This document shows positions 49,101 through 60,935 of a DNA stretch of 64,000 bases, one piece after another. Position 1 is the stretch's first letter. Each line of letters begins with the position of its first letter. Under the pieces are notes generated by a model that did no database searches, had not been told where the DNA came from, and was given only the letters and a program-made list of their open reading frames with translations. The position numbers and the translations under genes are program-made. The stretch comes from Macrostomum lignano (lineage: Eukaryota): positions 1-64,000 of the forward strand of contig NIVC01001340.1 of the NCBI GenBank assembly GCA_002269645.1, given 5' to 3'.

Positions 49101-50771
49101 GACGCGGTTTTACTGATACTGAGGATTCGGTTAACTAAGAGCCCGTACTCTCATGTCTGTCTGCTATCTACTCTAGCTGACTACTCTACATCAGCTGCCT
49201 ACTCTACATCAGCTGCCTACTCTACATCAGCTGCCTACTCTACATCAGCTGCCTACTCTACATCAGCTGCCTACTCTACATCAGCTGCCTACTCTACATC
49301 AGCTGCCTACTCTACATCAGCTGCCTACTCTACATCAGCTGCCTACTCTACATCAGCTGCCTACTCTACATCAGCTGCCTACTCTACATCAGCTGCCTAC
49401 TCTACATCAGCTGCCTACTCTACATCAGCTGCCTACTCTACATCAGCTGCCTACTCTACATCAGCTGCCTACTCTACATCAGCTGCCTACTCTACTGGAA
49501 CTAGATAGGAACCCAACTCAGCCCATCAGCTCACCAGTTTATACAAGTGCACATTGTCCTTTAGCAGACAGTTGACAAAATCGAAGCCCTCCGGCCCCAG
49601 CCGATTGTCGCGCATGTTGAGATCCGCCACGTCCGGCGACAGCTCCAGCGCGTACGTGATGGCGTCCGCCTCTTTGGCTGACATGCAGCGGTGCGACAGT
49701 CGCAGCTTCCTGTCTGCTGGCCGCTTCACGTAGCGGCCAACCGGATGCGCGCCGACCTCCGAGCAGCGCTTCAAGTACACGCCGCGTCTCACTCCCGTTA
49801 TGTCCGGCCGCTCTTTCTTGGGCGCTTCTGCAAGGTTTTATTGAGCACACTTTAGCTGAATCCATGTCCCGCTTCACTGTCCCTTTGATGTCCCGTCTCT
49901 TTGATCTCCCGGCTCACTGTTCCTTTGATATCTCGCCTCACTGTCACTTTGATGTCCCGCCTCACTGTCCCTTTGATGTCCCGCCTCACTGTCCCTTTGA
50001 TGTTCCGCCTGACTGTCCCTTTGATGTCCCGCCTCACTGTCCCTTTGATGTCCCGCTTCACTGTCCCTTTGATGTCCCGCCTCACTGTCTCTTTGATGTC
50101 CTGCCTCACTGTCTCTTTGATGTCCCGCCTCACTATCTCTTTGATGTCCCGCCTCACTGTCTCTTTGATGTCCTGCCTCACTGTCTCTTTGATGTCCCGC
50201 CTCACTGTCTCTTTGATGTCCCGCCTCACTGTCCCTTTGATGTCCCGCCTCACTATCTCTTTGATGTCCCGCCTCACTGTCTCTTTGATGTCCCGCCTCA
50301 CTGTCTCTTTGATGTCCTGCCTCACTGTCTCTTTGATGTCCCGCCTCACTGTCCTTTTGATGTCCTGCCTCACGGTCTCTTTGATGTCCCGCCTCACTGT
50401 CCATTTGATGTCCCGCCTCACTGTCCCTTTGATGGCCACATCAACAATTCCCAAACTTTACAAACCTTCCAAATCCGTATCGTACGCAGCATCGTCTTGC
50501 AGCTTCATCAGCAGCTCGTCTTCGTCATCTGGCACAGCGTCAACCATGGACAGTCGAGCTTTGGACGTCTCCACCGGTGCCTCAGTTGCCTGTGGCGCTT
50601 CTGCTTCCGGTGTCTGGAAATTTAATCCAGGGGGTGGACTTGGGACGCGTGAACCGCGTGGTAAAACAGTGACATAAAGACTCAGATATACGAATATGAT
50701 AAATTTCAAGTATTCACCTGCTCATGCTCCAGGTCAACTAGATCGCCATCAGGTGCAGCCGCCTCTGCCAT
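43114..50771 (-). CDS. LRRC74A: LRRC74A-like leucine-rich repeat protein with an EF-hand pair; exons 50771-50718, 50613-50466, 49827-49535, 49071-48846, 47970-47885, 47812-47618, 46849-46754, 45227-45024, 44207-43910, 43577-43114
   Basis: YDTDLE motif; RI-type LRRs (LNISGNALG, LDASGNDF, LNLSHNQLG, LNLSWNCI); NPLEVLLMFMQEKNLRLIDLFK; EF loops DKDQSNSISRDE and DKDGDGEIDLAE. All joins are in phase. Confidence 0.88.
43680..43815. repeat. ~15 bp degenerate repeat in LRRC74A intron 9
   Basis: GGTGAAGGGTGCATT tandem. Confidence 0.8.
44553..44913 (-). mobile_element. Full-length tRNA-derived SINE (361 bp) with poly(A) tail and 15-bp TSD
   Basis: Minus strand: GGGGGCCG, A box TAGCCCAGCGG, B box GGCTCGATTCC, 3' TAATAAAAAAAAAA. 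TSD CTATGACCAGATTTA at 44538-44552 and 44914-44928. Confidence 0.92.
45258..46735. repeat. 16 bp minisatellite filling LRRC74A intron 7
   Basis: TTCTTAGATGCTTAGG tandem, ~90 copies. Confidence 0.95.
46930..47570. repeat. 30 bp minisatellite in LRRC74A intron 6
   Basis: TTTTATCAGTTCACGAGACCGGAAGTTCCA tandem. Confidence 0.92.
48020..48785. repeat. 22 bp minisatellite filling LRRC74A intron 4
   Basis: GAATCGCAATAGATCCCATTCC tandem. Confidence 0.94.
49180..49495. repeat. Near-perfect 18 bp minisatellite in LRRC74A intron 3
   Basis: CTCTACATCAGCTGCCTA, ~17 copies. Confidence 0.95.
49865..50435. repeat. 24 bp minisatellite filling LRRC74A intron 2
   Basis: TTTGATGTCCCGCCTCACTGTC(C/T)C tandem. 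Confidence 0.95.
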
Positions 50772-52676
50772 CGTTACTACTCAATACTCAATTTGCCTGG
50801 CAAAATACCTGAGAGCAGTCTCAATTTTAAGAATCCAGTCGGATACTCTTGCTCTTTTTTATCACCGGTTGTCCCTCTCCGTTTTTCGTTTTTTTTCTGC
50901 CAGAGTCACTACCCTCATCATTGGCGTTGGCATCGGCGCGCGCATTTTTTAAGAGGCTGTCGCGGTGCAATAAAATACAGCCACTTCAGCACCGCTTGCG
51001 CACCAAACAAAACGTTAAAATGCAGCCAATGGCCTGCTTGCCGCCATTGTTTGCGCAGGTTTTCTAGCCGCTCTTTGATCTCGCCATAGGGTCTGAGAGT
51101 GCTTGAGTGTCCAACAGCGGTAGCATTTTTTGGCAAATTTTTATTACTCATGAAAAAGCGAATGGGGCGGCCTTCGTGCGGCTTCTTTTTTTTACACCCT
51201 GACTGGCTGCAGTTGCAGAATTATTTGAGATGCGCAGCAATAATTTTTCACCTTGCCTTTGGCTCGGTCTTGACTAATTCTTTTTTAAATTTCACCTCGG
51301 CGGGACAGCCAAGGAGACCGAAAACTATAATTTGGAGAGTTTTTAATCTTTATTTTTGGGCTTAGCATGACTTTAGAAGCAAAAATATTGCGTAGAGCGC
51401 TAAATTAGCACTGGAATACTGCTCTAAATTGGTGCTGACATATTTGTTTCTGTGATCAGGAACTGGGGCTTTGTATTTGTTACAATGACACTGACTACAT
51501 TTATGGCTGCCGTGGCTCTAAACCTTAAACCTCATGGATACCAGAAGTACATAACGTACTCTAGACTTTCTTAGAAATGCACCGTTAAGCTACGTACGAG
51601 TATATTTTCGTATCGCTTGGTGCATATAGGATGGTCCATTAGAGAGAACACATAGCGCAGAATGGGGTTTTGCCATAGACAAAATACTAAATCTATATTT
51701 AGCATCTGGAGTGGATATAGCGATCATTTTAAGTTGCTTAAGAGAAGGTCAACAAATGCGACGCTGTCAAATTTCCGAACGGTTGAATCCAAAGGAGTCG
51801 TAACACCAAACGACATATCATTTCATTCCTACCCGCTGTGCAGTATGGGTCTTTTTAGAGAAATGGGAAAAGGCCAATCCAACAAAATATTTTAAGCCAA
51901 AAGATATATTCATAAACCGACTCAAGATAGCAATGTTACTCGCAAATAATGAAGGGAGTTTTAAGAAATAAGCTAGTGAAAAATTAGTTTCCACTCCAGA
52001 TGCCAATCGTAGGACTCCTTGACTAAAGGCACCAGCGGTACGACAAATACGAGTATGCGCTCCTTACCAGCCTCTATCGTCCCACTTCAGTAGTCCATTG
52101 AACGTTTCTGGAGGCTCTCCGGGTTTTCGTATTCTTCATGAACTTTTCGGCTTAATTCGATTTCATTCGTTTGTCATGCCCAATCCCAAAGCGCCTCCTG
52201 CATATTCCAATTTTCCGTCTGTGAAAACAGTTCAAATCTGACTTGACAGTGGCGTGTTATTGAACCTTCACCGATGAGAAGGACATGGATTTACTTTGTT
52301 TTGATACGCTCGTAATAGTACTTACTTTAAAAATTGTTTTCAGCAAAATTGCCGACCTAGCAACACAAAACGTTGCCAATTGCTGCTTGTACGAACTAAC
52401 CGTTTTTAGTCAGGTTAATTCTTGCAGGAAAAATCACGCATTCTTTTCTGATAAAAGATTGGCATTTGTTTCTCCCTGGCTCTGAAGCTGTTTATCCATT
52501 GCAGCCTGGTTGCTTCGGTCTAGGTCGCAGAACCTTGACACCTGGCGTGCTACGTGCCTTTGTTAGGGATATTTTTTAACCTGAGACTCTGTCAATTCAC
52601 CTTCCCGATTGGCGCACCTGTTCTAAACGCATGACAGCCTCAATAGACATGCCGCCTCTCTTGGCGCGACTTCATG

Positions 52677-52684
52677 TATAAATA
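52677..52684 (+). promoter_or_regulatory. Probable TATA box of the GH16 gene
   Basis: TATAAATA ~55 bp upstream of the ATG at 52736. Confidence 0.5.
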
Positions 52685-52735
52685 TGCTCCGATAATCTGG
52701 TCTTTCCTCACCCTAGCAAGGACCTTTTAAATAAC

Positions 52736-55380
52736 ATGAATAAACTTGCCAACTTTTTCCTGTTGGCTGCCGCAGTGACGGCCGGCGCGGAGGCTGCCGC
52801 ACCGAACGCTGCAGTTAACTACGACGGTCGGGATCTGCAGTTCTCTTTTCCTAGTGAGTACCGCAAGCGAGTAGAGCTCTTGTTCTGGACATTTCTATGT
52901 TTTATTCACATTCTAGCTTCCTCCAGGTTTTTTCTGGTAAGATTATTTTGTCGCATCATAAGTCTCTGTGATACAGCTACCACCGTGTGCATGTACTTTT
53001 TAGTAGTGGTGGCGGGGCCACATCCTACGGCATTCTGTCATAAATTAGTAATGGTAGTTGCTGGCGAGGCTCATAAGGTCTTGTCAAAGCAGCTGTGCAG
53101 AATGTCCTTATCAAATTATCTCCTTGGGTTTAAAAGTTTAAAAAGGCCTTTCCTGAGTCTATGTATTGGTTGCAATCGTGACTACCAATGGCGGGCGGAT
53201 GAAGAGTTAAAAAATCAACAACTCAACGACCAACATCAGGCAGCGGAGTCAGCCTCATCGGGCTACACTACTCCATCAACAAGCTCGTCAGCGGCGTCGA
53301 AGTCGGCGATGTGAACGTCGACCTGCGCGATGCCGTTAACAACCAGCTGGTGCACCGGCAGCGGGTGAACCTCAAAGACGGAGACTATGTCTCCTACTGG
53401 TACGTGGCCATCGTCAACGGTCAGGGGTTCCAGCGAACCGGACAGCGCTGGGAGTACAGGACAGCGCCGCCAACCACCACCACAACGTCCCCGCCGCCGA
53501 CCACAACCTCGAAAGGACCTCAGCCGACTCAGGGACCTCAGACAACTCAGAAACCACCAGCTACTGGCGGCCCAGTACCGCCTACTAGTGCCCCTCCCTC
53601 TGGTGCGTGAGCAGATTGTCCTACATGTAGAACAAGTGTAACTTCGCTTGACGTTTCCCACTCAAATGGGTTCCTGGGATGTCACCTGACTGAAGGTCAC
53701 TTCTTTTAACAATGCTTTGACGGGTTTTTGTTTCTACGACACTGATCATTTAAAAAGAAGACTCACCTTGTCGCTGACACCAAAATTTATTGACAGAGTG
53801 CACCAGCTATCCCTGCTTGGTGTTCGAGGACAACTTCGACTCCCTGGACTTTGACAAGTGGGAGCACGAGATCACGGCTGGTGGCGGCGGCGTAAGTGTC
53901 TTTGAAGTATCCTTGTTTGATCTTCCGATACAATCGTATCGTTCTGCAATACTTTCTAATCTCCTTTTCTGACAAGACTTTATATTCTCTAAATCCCTCT
54001 CTTGATCCAATTAGTATTTCTTCTCTCGTGAATGGCAATCTCATCACACTCCGTGTCGCTTGCAGAACTGGGAGTTCCAGTACTACCACAACAACCGACG
54101 GAACAGCTTCACCCGCGACGGCAAGCTCTTCATCAAGCCGACCCTGACTGCCGAGGATCGCGGCGAAGAGTTCGTCCGCAACGGCCACCTGGACCTGTGG
54201 GGCAGCTCACCGGCCAACCTGTGCACCGGAAACCAGTGGTGGGGCTGCTCCAGGTCTGCGGGAGGCGGCAACATTGTCAACCCGATTCAGTCCGCCCGAC
54301 TGCGCACCGCCAACACATTCGCATTCCGCTACGGACGCATTGAGGTCAGATAGGTTTATTTTCGCTGATCACGAAGCTTTTGACTCGTTTGCGTTCATAT
54401 TCAGAATGATTATAAATGTACCGATATAGTATGTAGCAGAAGGGCTTCAACTTAAATAATTTTGCTAACCTTTGGCAGCGTAACATGTCATCATCTGTCA
54501 ACGCAGGTTGAGGCCAAGATGCCCACCGGTGACTGGATCTGGCCCGCCATCTGGCTGCTGCCGCGGCGCAACGAGTATGGCGAGTGGCCATGCTCTGGCG
54601 AGATCGACCTGGTCGAGTCACGAGGCAACCGTAACCTGCAGGGTCCCGATGGCAAGAGCGCCGGAGTCGACCAGATGGGCATGACTCTGCACTGGGGACC
54701 CAAGTGGCCTCTAAACGCCTACTCGAAGACTCACGCCACCAAGTGAGCCCCGGCATTGGTAGACTTAGTAGTAATTCTAATTGTTATGTTTCTGATTAAC
54801 AATAATTTGAAGTTGTATAATTAAATTTTAGGAACCTAAGCGGCGGCAAGACGTTCGGCACAGACTTCCACAAGTACCAGCTCGAGTGGGGACCGGAAAT
54901 TGGACTTGTGTAAGATTTTTTTGAAAAGCTTCGACCGGAAAAGCATTGGGTAGCGATTTAGAGAGAAACCAAATCTTTGCTCTTACCTGCAGCTTCTCCC
55001 TCGATGGCGAGCACGTCATGACGGTCAACCCGCCCAAGGGCTTCTGGGAGTACGGCAAGGAGTTCTGGGTGGACGAGAAGACCCAGCAGCCGCTTGACAA
55101 AGCGACCTGGAACCCGTGGAAAATGTCGGGCGGAGCGACCCGTCTGGCCCCGTTCGACAAGCCCTTCTACATCATCATGAACGTGGCGGTCGGCGGTGTG
55201 AACTACTTCGGCGACGAGCTGACCAACTCGCCCTACCCGAAGCCTTGGCGCAACACCGACGGCAATGCGATGGGCAACTTCTACAGCGCCAAGAACCTGT
55301 GGCTGCCGACCTGGAAGGACGAGAAAGACGAGACCGCAATGCAGGTGAACTACGTTCGCGTCTGGAAGCTGCAGCCTTGA
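52736..55380 (+). CDS. Secreted beta-1,3-glucanase / glucan-binding protein (CBM39-like domain, Pro/Thr linker, GH16); exons 52736-52853, 53240-53602, 53797-53891, 54066-54344, 54507-54742, 54832-54909, 54993-55380
   Basis: Signal peptide; GLHYSINK..GDYVSYWYVAIVNG (CBM39-like); LVFEDNFDSLDFDKWEHE; WEFQYY; GDWIWPAIWLLP; intact catalytic motif SGEIDLVESRG; PFDKPFYIIMNVAVGG; VNYVRVW. Confidence 0.93.
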
Positions 55381-56792
55381 AAGACTCGATTAAGACTGCA
55401 TTATATTGGCTTTGTGATGAGATCTTGTAGTTTGATTTTTAACTCAATTCAAGTTGTACCTAAGTCAAATACAAAGATACCAAATCGAAACCCATAAAAT
55501 ACTTGTACCTGCATTTTCAGTTACTACGAGTAAACTTACTTGTTTCTCTCTTTCATTGAACTCTCTATGCGTGGCTTGAGTTTTTGATGAAATTTTCGAG
55601 GCAGAAGTTGTAGTCGGGCTCAAGAAAAAGAGTTGCCTACGACACTAGTAAATCTCTTTCCTCAGCATAACATAAGCAGCTGCAAGTTCGATGACAAACG
55701 GGGAAATGCATATCTAGTGTCTCGTCTCAATATCAAAATGGACAGATGCACGACAAATAAAGCTTGGCTGACGATCAAAAACAATTTCAAACTTGTCAAT
55801 CTACATTGCTACTTTTTTGTTTGTGTAAGATTTCAAAGCGTCATTTGACGCCACTTGAAACGGTAAATCTTCTACATGCGTTTCTATTTAGCTTTTTTCT
55901 TTGTCACCACCGCAAATATTGGATAAGGGCTACTGGTTTATTTAGATTTGTACTACGCTGCCCACATTATAATTCCTGAGATTCCCTAACCATTTTATGT
56001 GGGATTAAATACAGAAGAATAACATTATTACAATCACGTAAGCTTTTAGTCAATCAGATCATTCAGATTAATCAATATCAGCTCTTCCGCGCCATTTTCC
56101 TCGGGTTGACGTGAATAAGTTACCATGGGATCCAACTGGAACTTTATATTTTTTATCTGAAGATACAGTAAAACAAAAGTTTATCCTTGAGTCCCCAACC
56201 GCTTCCTATTTCTATAGAAATCCCTAATTAAGCCCAACTCTGATATTTTCCTAGGCTAAACCTACTAGCAGTAGTGCAAATGCATATACTGTTTATTTAT
56301 TTGAGCAGTATTTGCCCCACGGAGCTGCTCGGGGTAATTTAAACCGGCCTTAACGCCCAAAAAACCATAAATTAATATTTAAAAGCCGTAAGTACAAGAA
56401 TGCAAACTAGCTACTACTCATAGTATACCTGCCTCATAAAAAATTAGGGTAGTTGGTAGAGTATATACACCTGATTAACTGCGTGCCCAGCTATACATTC
56501 GTTCATAACAGCTGAAAGCCACTGCAGATTCGCCTTACTGTTTGAAAAATACATGTAACCGCACCGTCTTCTTAACGATCGTACCGTATGACCTCTCTGT
56601 GTATATTTATACAAGCTTCCATATAACCTTGTGATAACCGATCTTTCACTCTCAGTATAACTGAAACGGCCAAATTTCTTTAGAAATGAATTCGCCTGCC
56701 AAGTTTGCGCCTGCTACGAGGGTCGGGAATCGCAGTTCGTCTTTCTTAGTGAGTTGCTATTCGATCGTGTTTTTACGTTCGAGATAGTGCGC

Positions 56793-57050
56793 TGTGTGCT
56801 CCATGGCGCACTTTAAGCGACATTGTCGCACAACCAGCAAGAGGCATTACTGCTCATTCCGCCGACTGCCCTGAGCAGTGAGCAGGCACGCAAGCGTGTG
56901 GTTACGTACGCAGTCATACGCACAGCCTTAGGGGTTGGCCCTCATGGCAGTTAATTGCACGAGCAGAGCCAAGCCGAGATTCCAATTCAGCCCCAAATTA
57001 ATGTGTGACTGCACTTGGAATCGAGCCTGGGCCGCTGGCACATCAAAGCA
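56793..57050 (-). mobile_element. Partial copy of the tRNA-derived SINE
   Basis: Colinear with 44585-44880, including TTGGAATCGAGCCTGGG; lacks the central hairpin block. Confidence 0.85.
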
Positions 57051-57189
57051 CCGCGCATTTAAATAAACATTTTTGCGCTTGTCGCAGCAGTTCGGGAACC
57101 GTGATAGCTCCTTGCGTCTACCTTTCTCCTTTAAGCTGTTATATATATATTTAATACACTAAAACTGTACCACAGGCTCTGCCACCAAC

Positions 57190-60090
57190 GATGTAACTGT
57201 GCCCGCTACCGCCGCCAGGAACTGCAGTTTGCCTTTACTAGTGAGTACGAGGGATTCTCTGCTTATTTCGTTGTTTTGGTCTTTAATTTGGTGGCAGCTG
57301 TGCCTTATGTCTCTCTAATCCTTGATCTTTTATTTGATAATTGCCCAAGACATCTTCTGGTTGGGTTTCCATAGGTTGTTGGGTAAACGAAAATTAACCA
57401 AAAAATCTATTAAAAACATCAGGCAGCGGAGCCAGCCTCATTGGACTGCACTACTCCATCAACAAGCTCTTAAGTGGCGTCGAAGTTGGCGACGTGAACG
57501 TCGACCTGCTCGATACCGTCAACAACCAGCTGGTGCACCGGCAGCGGGTGAACCTCAAAGACGGAGACTATGTCTCCTACTGGTACGTGGCCATCGTCAA
57601 CGGTCAGGGGTTCCAGCGAACCGGACAGCGCTGGGAGTACAGGACAGCGCCGCCAACCACCACCACAAGGTCCCCGCCGCCGACCACAACCTCGAAAGGA
57701 CATCAGCCGACTCAAGGACCTCAGCCAATTCAGGAAACGCATGCTACTGCATGGCGGCCCAGTACCGCCTACCAATGTCCCTCCCGCAGGTGAGTTATTT
57801 AGTTAATGTAACCCGCAAATTGCATTGGACATTGCCAAGCCGTTGGTTTGCGATGCCGCTGTAATATTGCTTCCTGGAGGTTTACATAGGTTCAAACGTT
57901 TGTTTGAAATTTCTCAAATCAATCAGCATCTACCGACAATATTTTTAGAGGTGTGCACAGGCTATCCCTGTGTTCGTCCGCAACGGCCACCTGGAGCTGT
58001 GGGGCAGCTCACCAGCTAACCTGTGCACCGGAAACCAGTGGGTGGGCTGCTCCAGGACTGCGGGAGGCGGCAACATTGTCAACCCGATCCAGTCCGTCCG
58101 ACTGCGCACCGTCAACAACTTCGCATTCAGCTACGGACGTATCGAGGTCAGGGTGAAGTGGAGACTTGAGATGCTTTCATTTGATAGCCACAAATCGACT
58201 CCCGACTGCTTAGGCTTGGGTTAGGGTTGGTGTTGAGGTTTGGTTAGATTTAATGCCAGAGTTAGGTTTAGCGTCAGGAATAAATTCCTAGTCATTTAGG
58301 GATAAATTCCTAGTCCTTTAGAGATAAATTCCTAGTCATTTATGGGTAAATTCACAGTCATATTTTCAGTAGTAAAAATATCAGTGGCAGTCAAAATGTT
58401 ACTGGCTATCAAAATCTCACTGGCAGTCAACTGACACTGGCAGTCAAATGTCACTGGCAGTCAAATGACACTGACAGTCAAATGTCACTGACAGTCAAAT
58501 GTCACTGGCGGTCAAAAGTCAAATTGCGGCAGTTAATTTCCATAGAGCTTCATATTTAAAGACTCAGGTGGTGATGTAATGTAAGATCACGTTGTAAAAT
58601 ATTTGGAGTCATTTTTGTCAACTTTGAGATCTTTGCAGCATCAGGTTTTCAGGTGACACAGACTGAGTGCTGGCTGACTTGCCATTCCTCTATGCGCATG
58701 CTTTGCCAGTCACAATTGATCTTGAGTCATGTTGCTTCTTTGTGAGCATTTCAAAATCAACCTTCAAATCGAGTAGTCCTTGTGCCACCATGTGTTCTTT
58801 CCGTCATGGCAGGTTGAGGCCAAGATGCCCACCAGAGACTGGATCTGGCCCGCCATCTGGCTGCTGCCGCGGCGCAACGAGTATGGCGAGTAACCAGCCT
58901 CAGGTGAGATCAACCTGGTCGAGGCCCGAGGCAACCGTAACCTGCGGGGTCCCGACGGTCAGAGCGTCGGAATCGACCAGATGGACATGACTCTGCACTG
59001 GGGACCCAAGTGGCCTTACAATGGCTACTCGAAGACTCATGCCACAAAGTGAGCATTGATGGGCTCTCACAGCTTCATGTACGAGTTGTCAGTTTCGCAT
59101 AACAGATTTTGACTTTGCTGAGATGCCAAGGCTCAAGCGGCAGTCGCTTGTTGGACAATGTTTATAGGTTTATGGGTTTGCCTATGTCTTAAGGGGAGGA
59201 GTTGCTGATCGAACAGTGTGGAATGTTGAGATGCAAAGGGTTTAGAGGAGGCTATGCTGCCACTGCTCAAAGGGATGATAATAGTCTTAGGCTAGAAAGC
59301 TTAGGGCTGGTCGATTTAGGGCATCTTTAAGAAGCTGACAATAGTGAATAGTAACGTTTATGAAATAAAGCACATGAAGCTACAATAGAAATTGCAGTCG
59401 TGCTTCTTCTCACAAGGGATATGTCCGATTTTTTTAGTAGGTATGAGAACGAGGTTAATTTGGGTTAGAAGTACATGCAGTGAGGACCCGTCGCTCAATG
59501 AGAGAGACCAACATTCTAGGCCCTAACCTTGCCTCCAAAATCTTACCGTAATTAGGGGCCTACCGCGATCTCTTGTCGAAATCTGTGCCACCAGACCTGT
59601 AGTAGACATGTATTAAAAGCAATAAGCAATGCAGTTTTAAACGAATTTTCCATAACTGAAAAATTCCAGGAACCTAAGCGGCGGCAATACCTTTGGCAGC
59701 AGCTTCTCCCTCGACGGCAAGCACGTCATGACGGTCAACCCGCCCAAGGGCTTCTGGGAGTACGGCAAGAAGTTCTGGGTGGACGAGAAGACCCAGCAGC
59801 CGCTTGACAAAGCGACCTGGAACCCGTGGAAAGAGTCGGGCGGAGCGACCCGTCTGGCCCCGTTCGACAAGCCCTTCTACATCATCATGAACGTGGCGGT
59901 CGGCGGTGTGAACTACTTCGGCGACGAGCTGACCAACTCGCCCTACCCGAAGCCTTGGCGCAACACCGACGGCAACGCGATGGGCAACTTCTACAGCGCC
60001 AAGCACCTGTGGCTGCCCACCTGGACAGACGAGAACGACGAGACCGCAATGCAGGTGAACTACGTTCGCGTCTGGAAGCTGCAGCCTTGA
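57190..60090 (+). pseudogene. Decayed tandem duplicate of the CBM39-GH16 gene
   Basis: No start or signal peptide found; +4 frameshift near 57750; deletion joining exon 3 to mid-exon 4 at ~57970; premature TAA at ~58890; catalytic EIDLVE changed to EINLVE; deletion joining exon 6 to the exon 7 acceptor at ~59698. The last exon is nearly intact. Confidence 0.88.
58290..58525. repeat. Two short arrays (20 bp x3 and ~17 bp x7) in a pseudogene intron
   Basis: GATAAATTCCTAGTCATTTA and TCAAATGTCACTGGCAG. Confidence 0.75.
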
Positions 60091-60831
60091 AAAATAGGTT
60101 GAAAACATGCGTTCGCTGCACTGTATACGCCACATTGAGTGTCTTAGTGATAGTCTTGTGAGTACGAGCTAACTCGAAAAGACAATGTGCTGGGATTGCA
60201 CTTTTTACTCGTATTTGGCAGTCCGGCAAACTCTGATAAATATTTCCTTCCCTCATCTCAGTGGCCAGCTCACAGACAAAAATCCCGTCTTGATTCGATA
60301 AAGTCGTCAAAAAATCTTTGCTCAGCTTCCACTCCAGATGCCACTTTTAGGGCTTCATGAACACGATCCACGCGAAAAAATACTTATAGCACATAGTCCA
60401 TGATTTCCACCAATCTTTAGAGAATGCAAAAGAGAGCTCAACTTTCTAAGTGTCTGTCTACCAGGCATTCTCTGGGTAGCCAGCTTGAGCTTTGATTGTT
60501 ATTCTTAACTTCAAAATTTCGCACAACTGTTGCCCCATTTGTTCATTGTGCCCACTTTTTCAAACTCTAAAAATAAATCATTGTCTGCAGGGGTCAAACA
60601 GACACTCGGCCATCAGTTTTTACTTTTGTCTTGCCTTTCAAAGAAAATATTTATGCCGAAAAGCGTGGTAAACACGATGGCATCCAAGCTTTCCTGAAAA
60701 GGCACTAAGCCAATGGGACACTTCTCGAATTTTCGCTCAAAAATTGTTATGTTTTTTATGTTCAGCAGCATCTGCATAACAGAAATTTGGCCTGTTTATG
60801 GAAAACAGCAGGATTGTAAATTTCCTGTGTG

Positions 60832-60839
60832 TATAAATA
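60832..60839 (+). promoter_or_regulatory. Possible TATA box of the DSL-EGF gene
   Basis: TATAAATA ~100 bp upstream of the ATG at 60936. Confidence 0.4.
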
Positions 60840-60935
60840 TGGCAATGTATAATCAAGACGCTAGGTTTTAGAATACGCACGTAACCAGAGCTGTCTCTGA
60901 CGTCATTAATAACTCCGTATTCCAATAGAATTGTT

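Noticed and set aside
51500-52500. Possible decayed coding fragment between LRRC74A and the GH16 gene
   Set aside because: Minus-strand frames are broken by stops and I cannot assign any family.
52736-53314. 192-aa ORF as a standalone protein
   Set aside because: It is exon 1 of the GH16 gene read through intron 1 into the wrong frame of exon 2.
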